DNA from: Malacoraja senta | Taxonomy: Eukaryota | Assembly: GCA_038087875.1 (NCBI GenBank) | Contig: JAXLNO010000324.1 | Span: 62,001 to 126,000, forward strand | Direction: 5' to 3' | Length of the DNA: 64,000 bases | In this document: in pieces, positions 63,745 to 64,000 of the stretch | Layout of the letters: each line of letters opens with the position of its first letter | Numbering within the stretch: the stretch's first letter is position 1 | The notes under the pieces: generated by a model | Seen by the model: only the letters and a program-made list of their open reading frames with translations | Told to the model about the DNA's origin: nothing | Databases searched by the model: none | Made by a program: the position numbers and the translations under genes

Positions 63745-64000
63745 TGCAAGCAAGCCCTTTAAAAGCCAAGCCAATTGGGCAAACTCTTTGCAAGCCAACA
63801 AAACACGTTTTCTGAGAGCCCTTTAATAGCCAAGCCAATTGGGCAAACATTTGCAAGTCAACAAAACACATTTTCTGAGAGCCCTTTAATAGCCAAGCCA
63901 ATTGGGCAAACACTTTGCAAGCCAACAAAACTCGTTTTCTGAGAGCCCTTTAATAGCCAAGCCAATTGGGCAAACACTTTGCAAGCCAACAAAACACATT
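63745..64000 (+). repeat. 63-64-bp tandem repeat, >=4 copies, truncated by window
   Basis: GCCCTTTAATAGCCAAGCCAATTGGGCAAAC... recurs at 63754, 63818, 63881 and 63945. Confidence 0.95.

Larger units (their letters stand above)
61980..64000 (-). mobile_element. Composite non-autonomous repeat (possibly Helitron body) with minisatellites and a THAP exon; runs off window
   Basis: Abrupt start with internal direct repeats (AGTATGG..TTGTGGG.CGAA), two tandem arrays and a THAP exon. The Helitron label is recollection of similar skate repeats, not shown by termini here. Confidence 0.45.

Overview
Eukaryotic, vertebrate DNA with no host protein-coding gene I can name. The repeat content points to a cartilaginous fish, probably a skate or ray (inference): HE1-type V-SINEs, their partner CR1/HER1-type LINEs and a SacSINE1/DeuSINE. 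It reads as a repeat-rich intron or gene desert with AT-rich, enhancer-like unique stretches. Main contents: (1) a nearly intact, 5'-truncated CR1 LINE at 8.5-12.1 kb plus many CR1 and Rex1/Babar fragments; (2) a 9-kb minus-strand endogenous retrovirus (17995-27013) with paired LTRs, tRNA-Pro PBS, PPT and a decayed gag with two widely spaced CCHC knuckles, a probable protease remnant and no recognisable RT/IN/env, later invaded by a MITE and an L1; (3) six PIF/Harbinger-type MITEs sharing GGGCCTGTCCCAC-like ends and TAA/TTA target duplications; (4) a dozen or so palindromic short elements with variable 9-17 bp TSDs and hammerhead-ribozyme-like cores, probably Penelope-derived; (5) a Helitron-type 3' end fused to an inverted copy of nearby DNA; (6) a composite repeat at the right edge carrying a THAP exon, a YY1/ETS cassette and minisatellites. 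No CRISPR, rRNA or true tRNA genes. All identities were counted by eye; no searches were run. Boundaries of old, degraded repeats are approximate.
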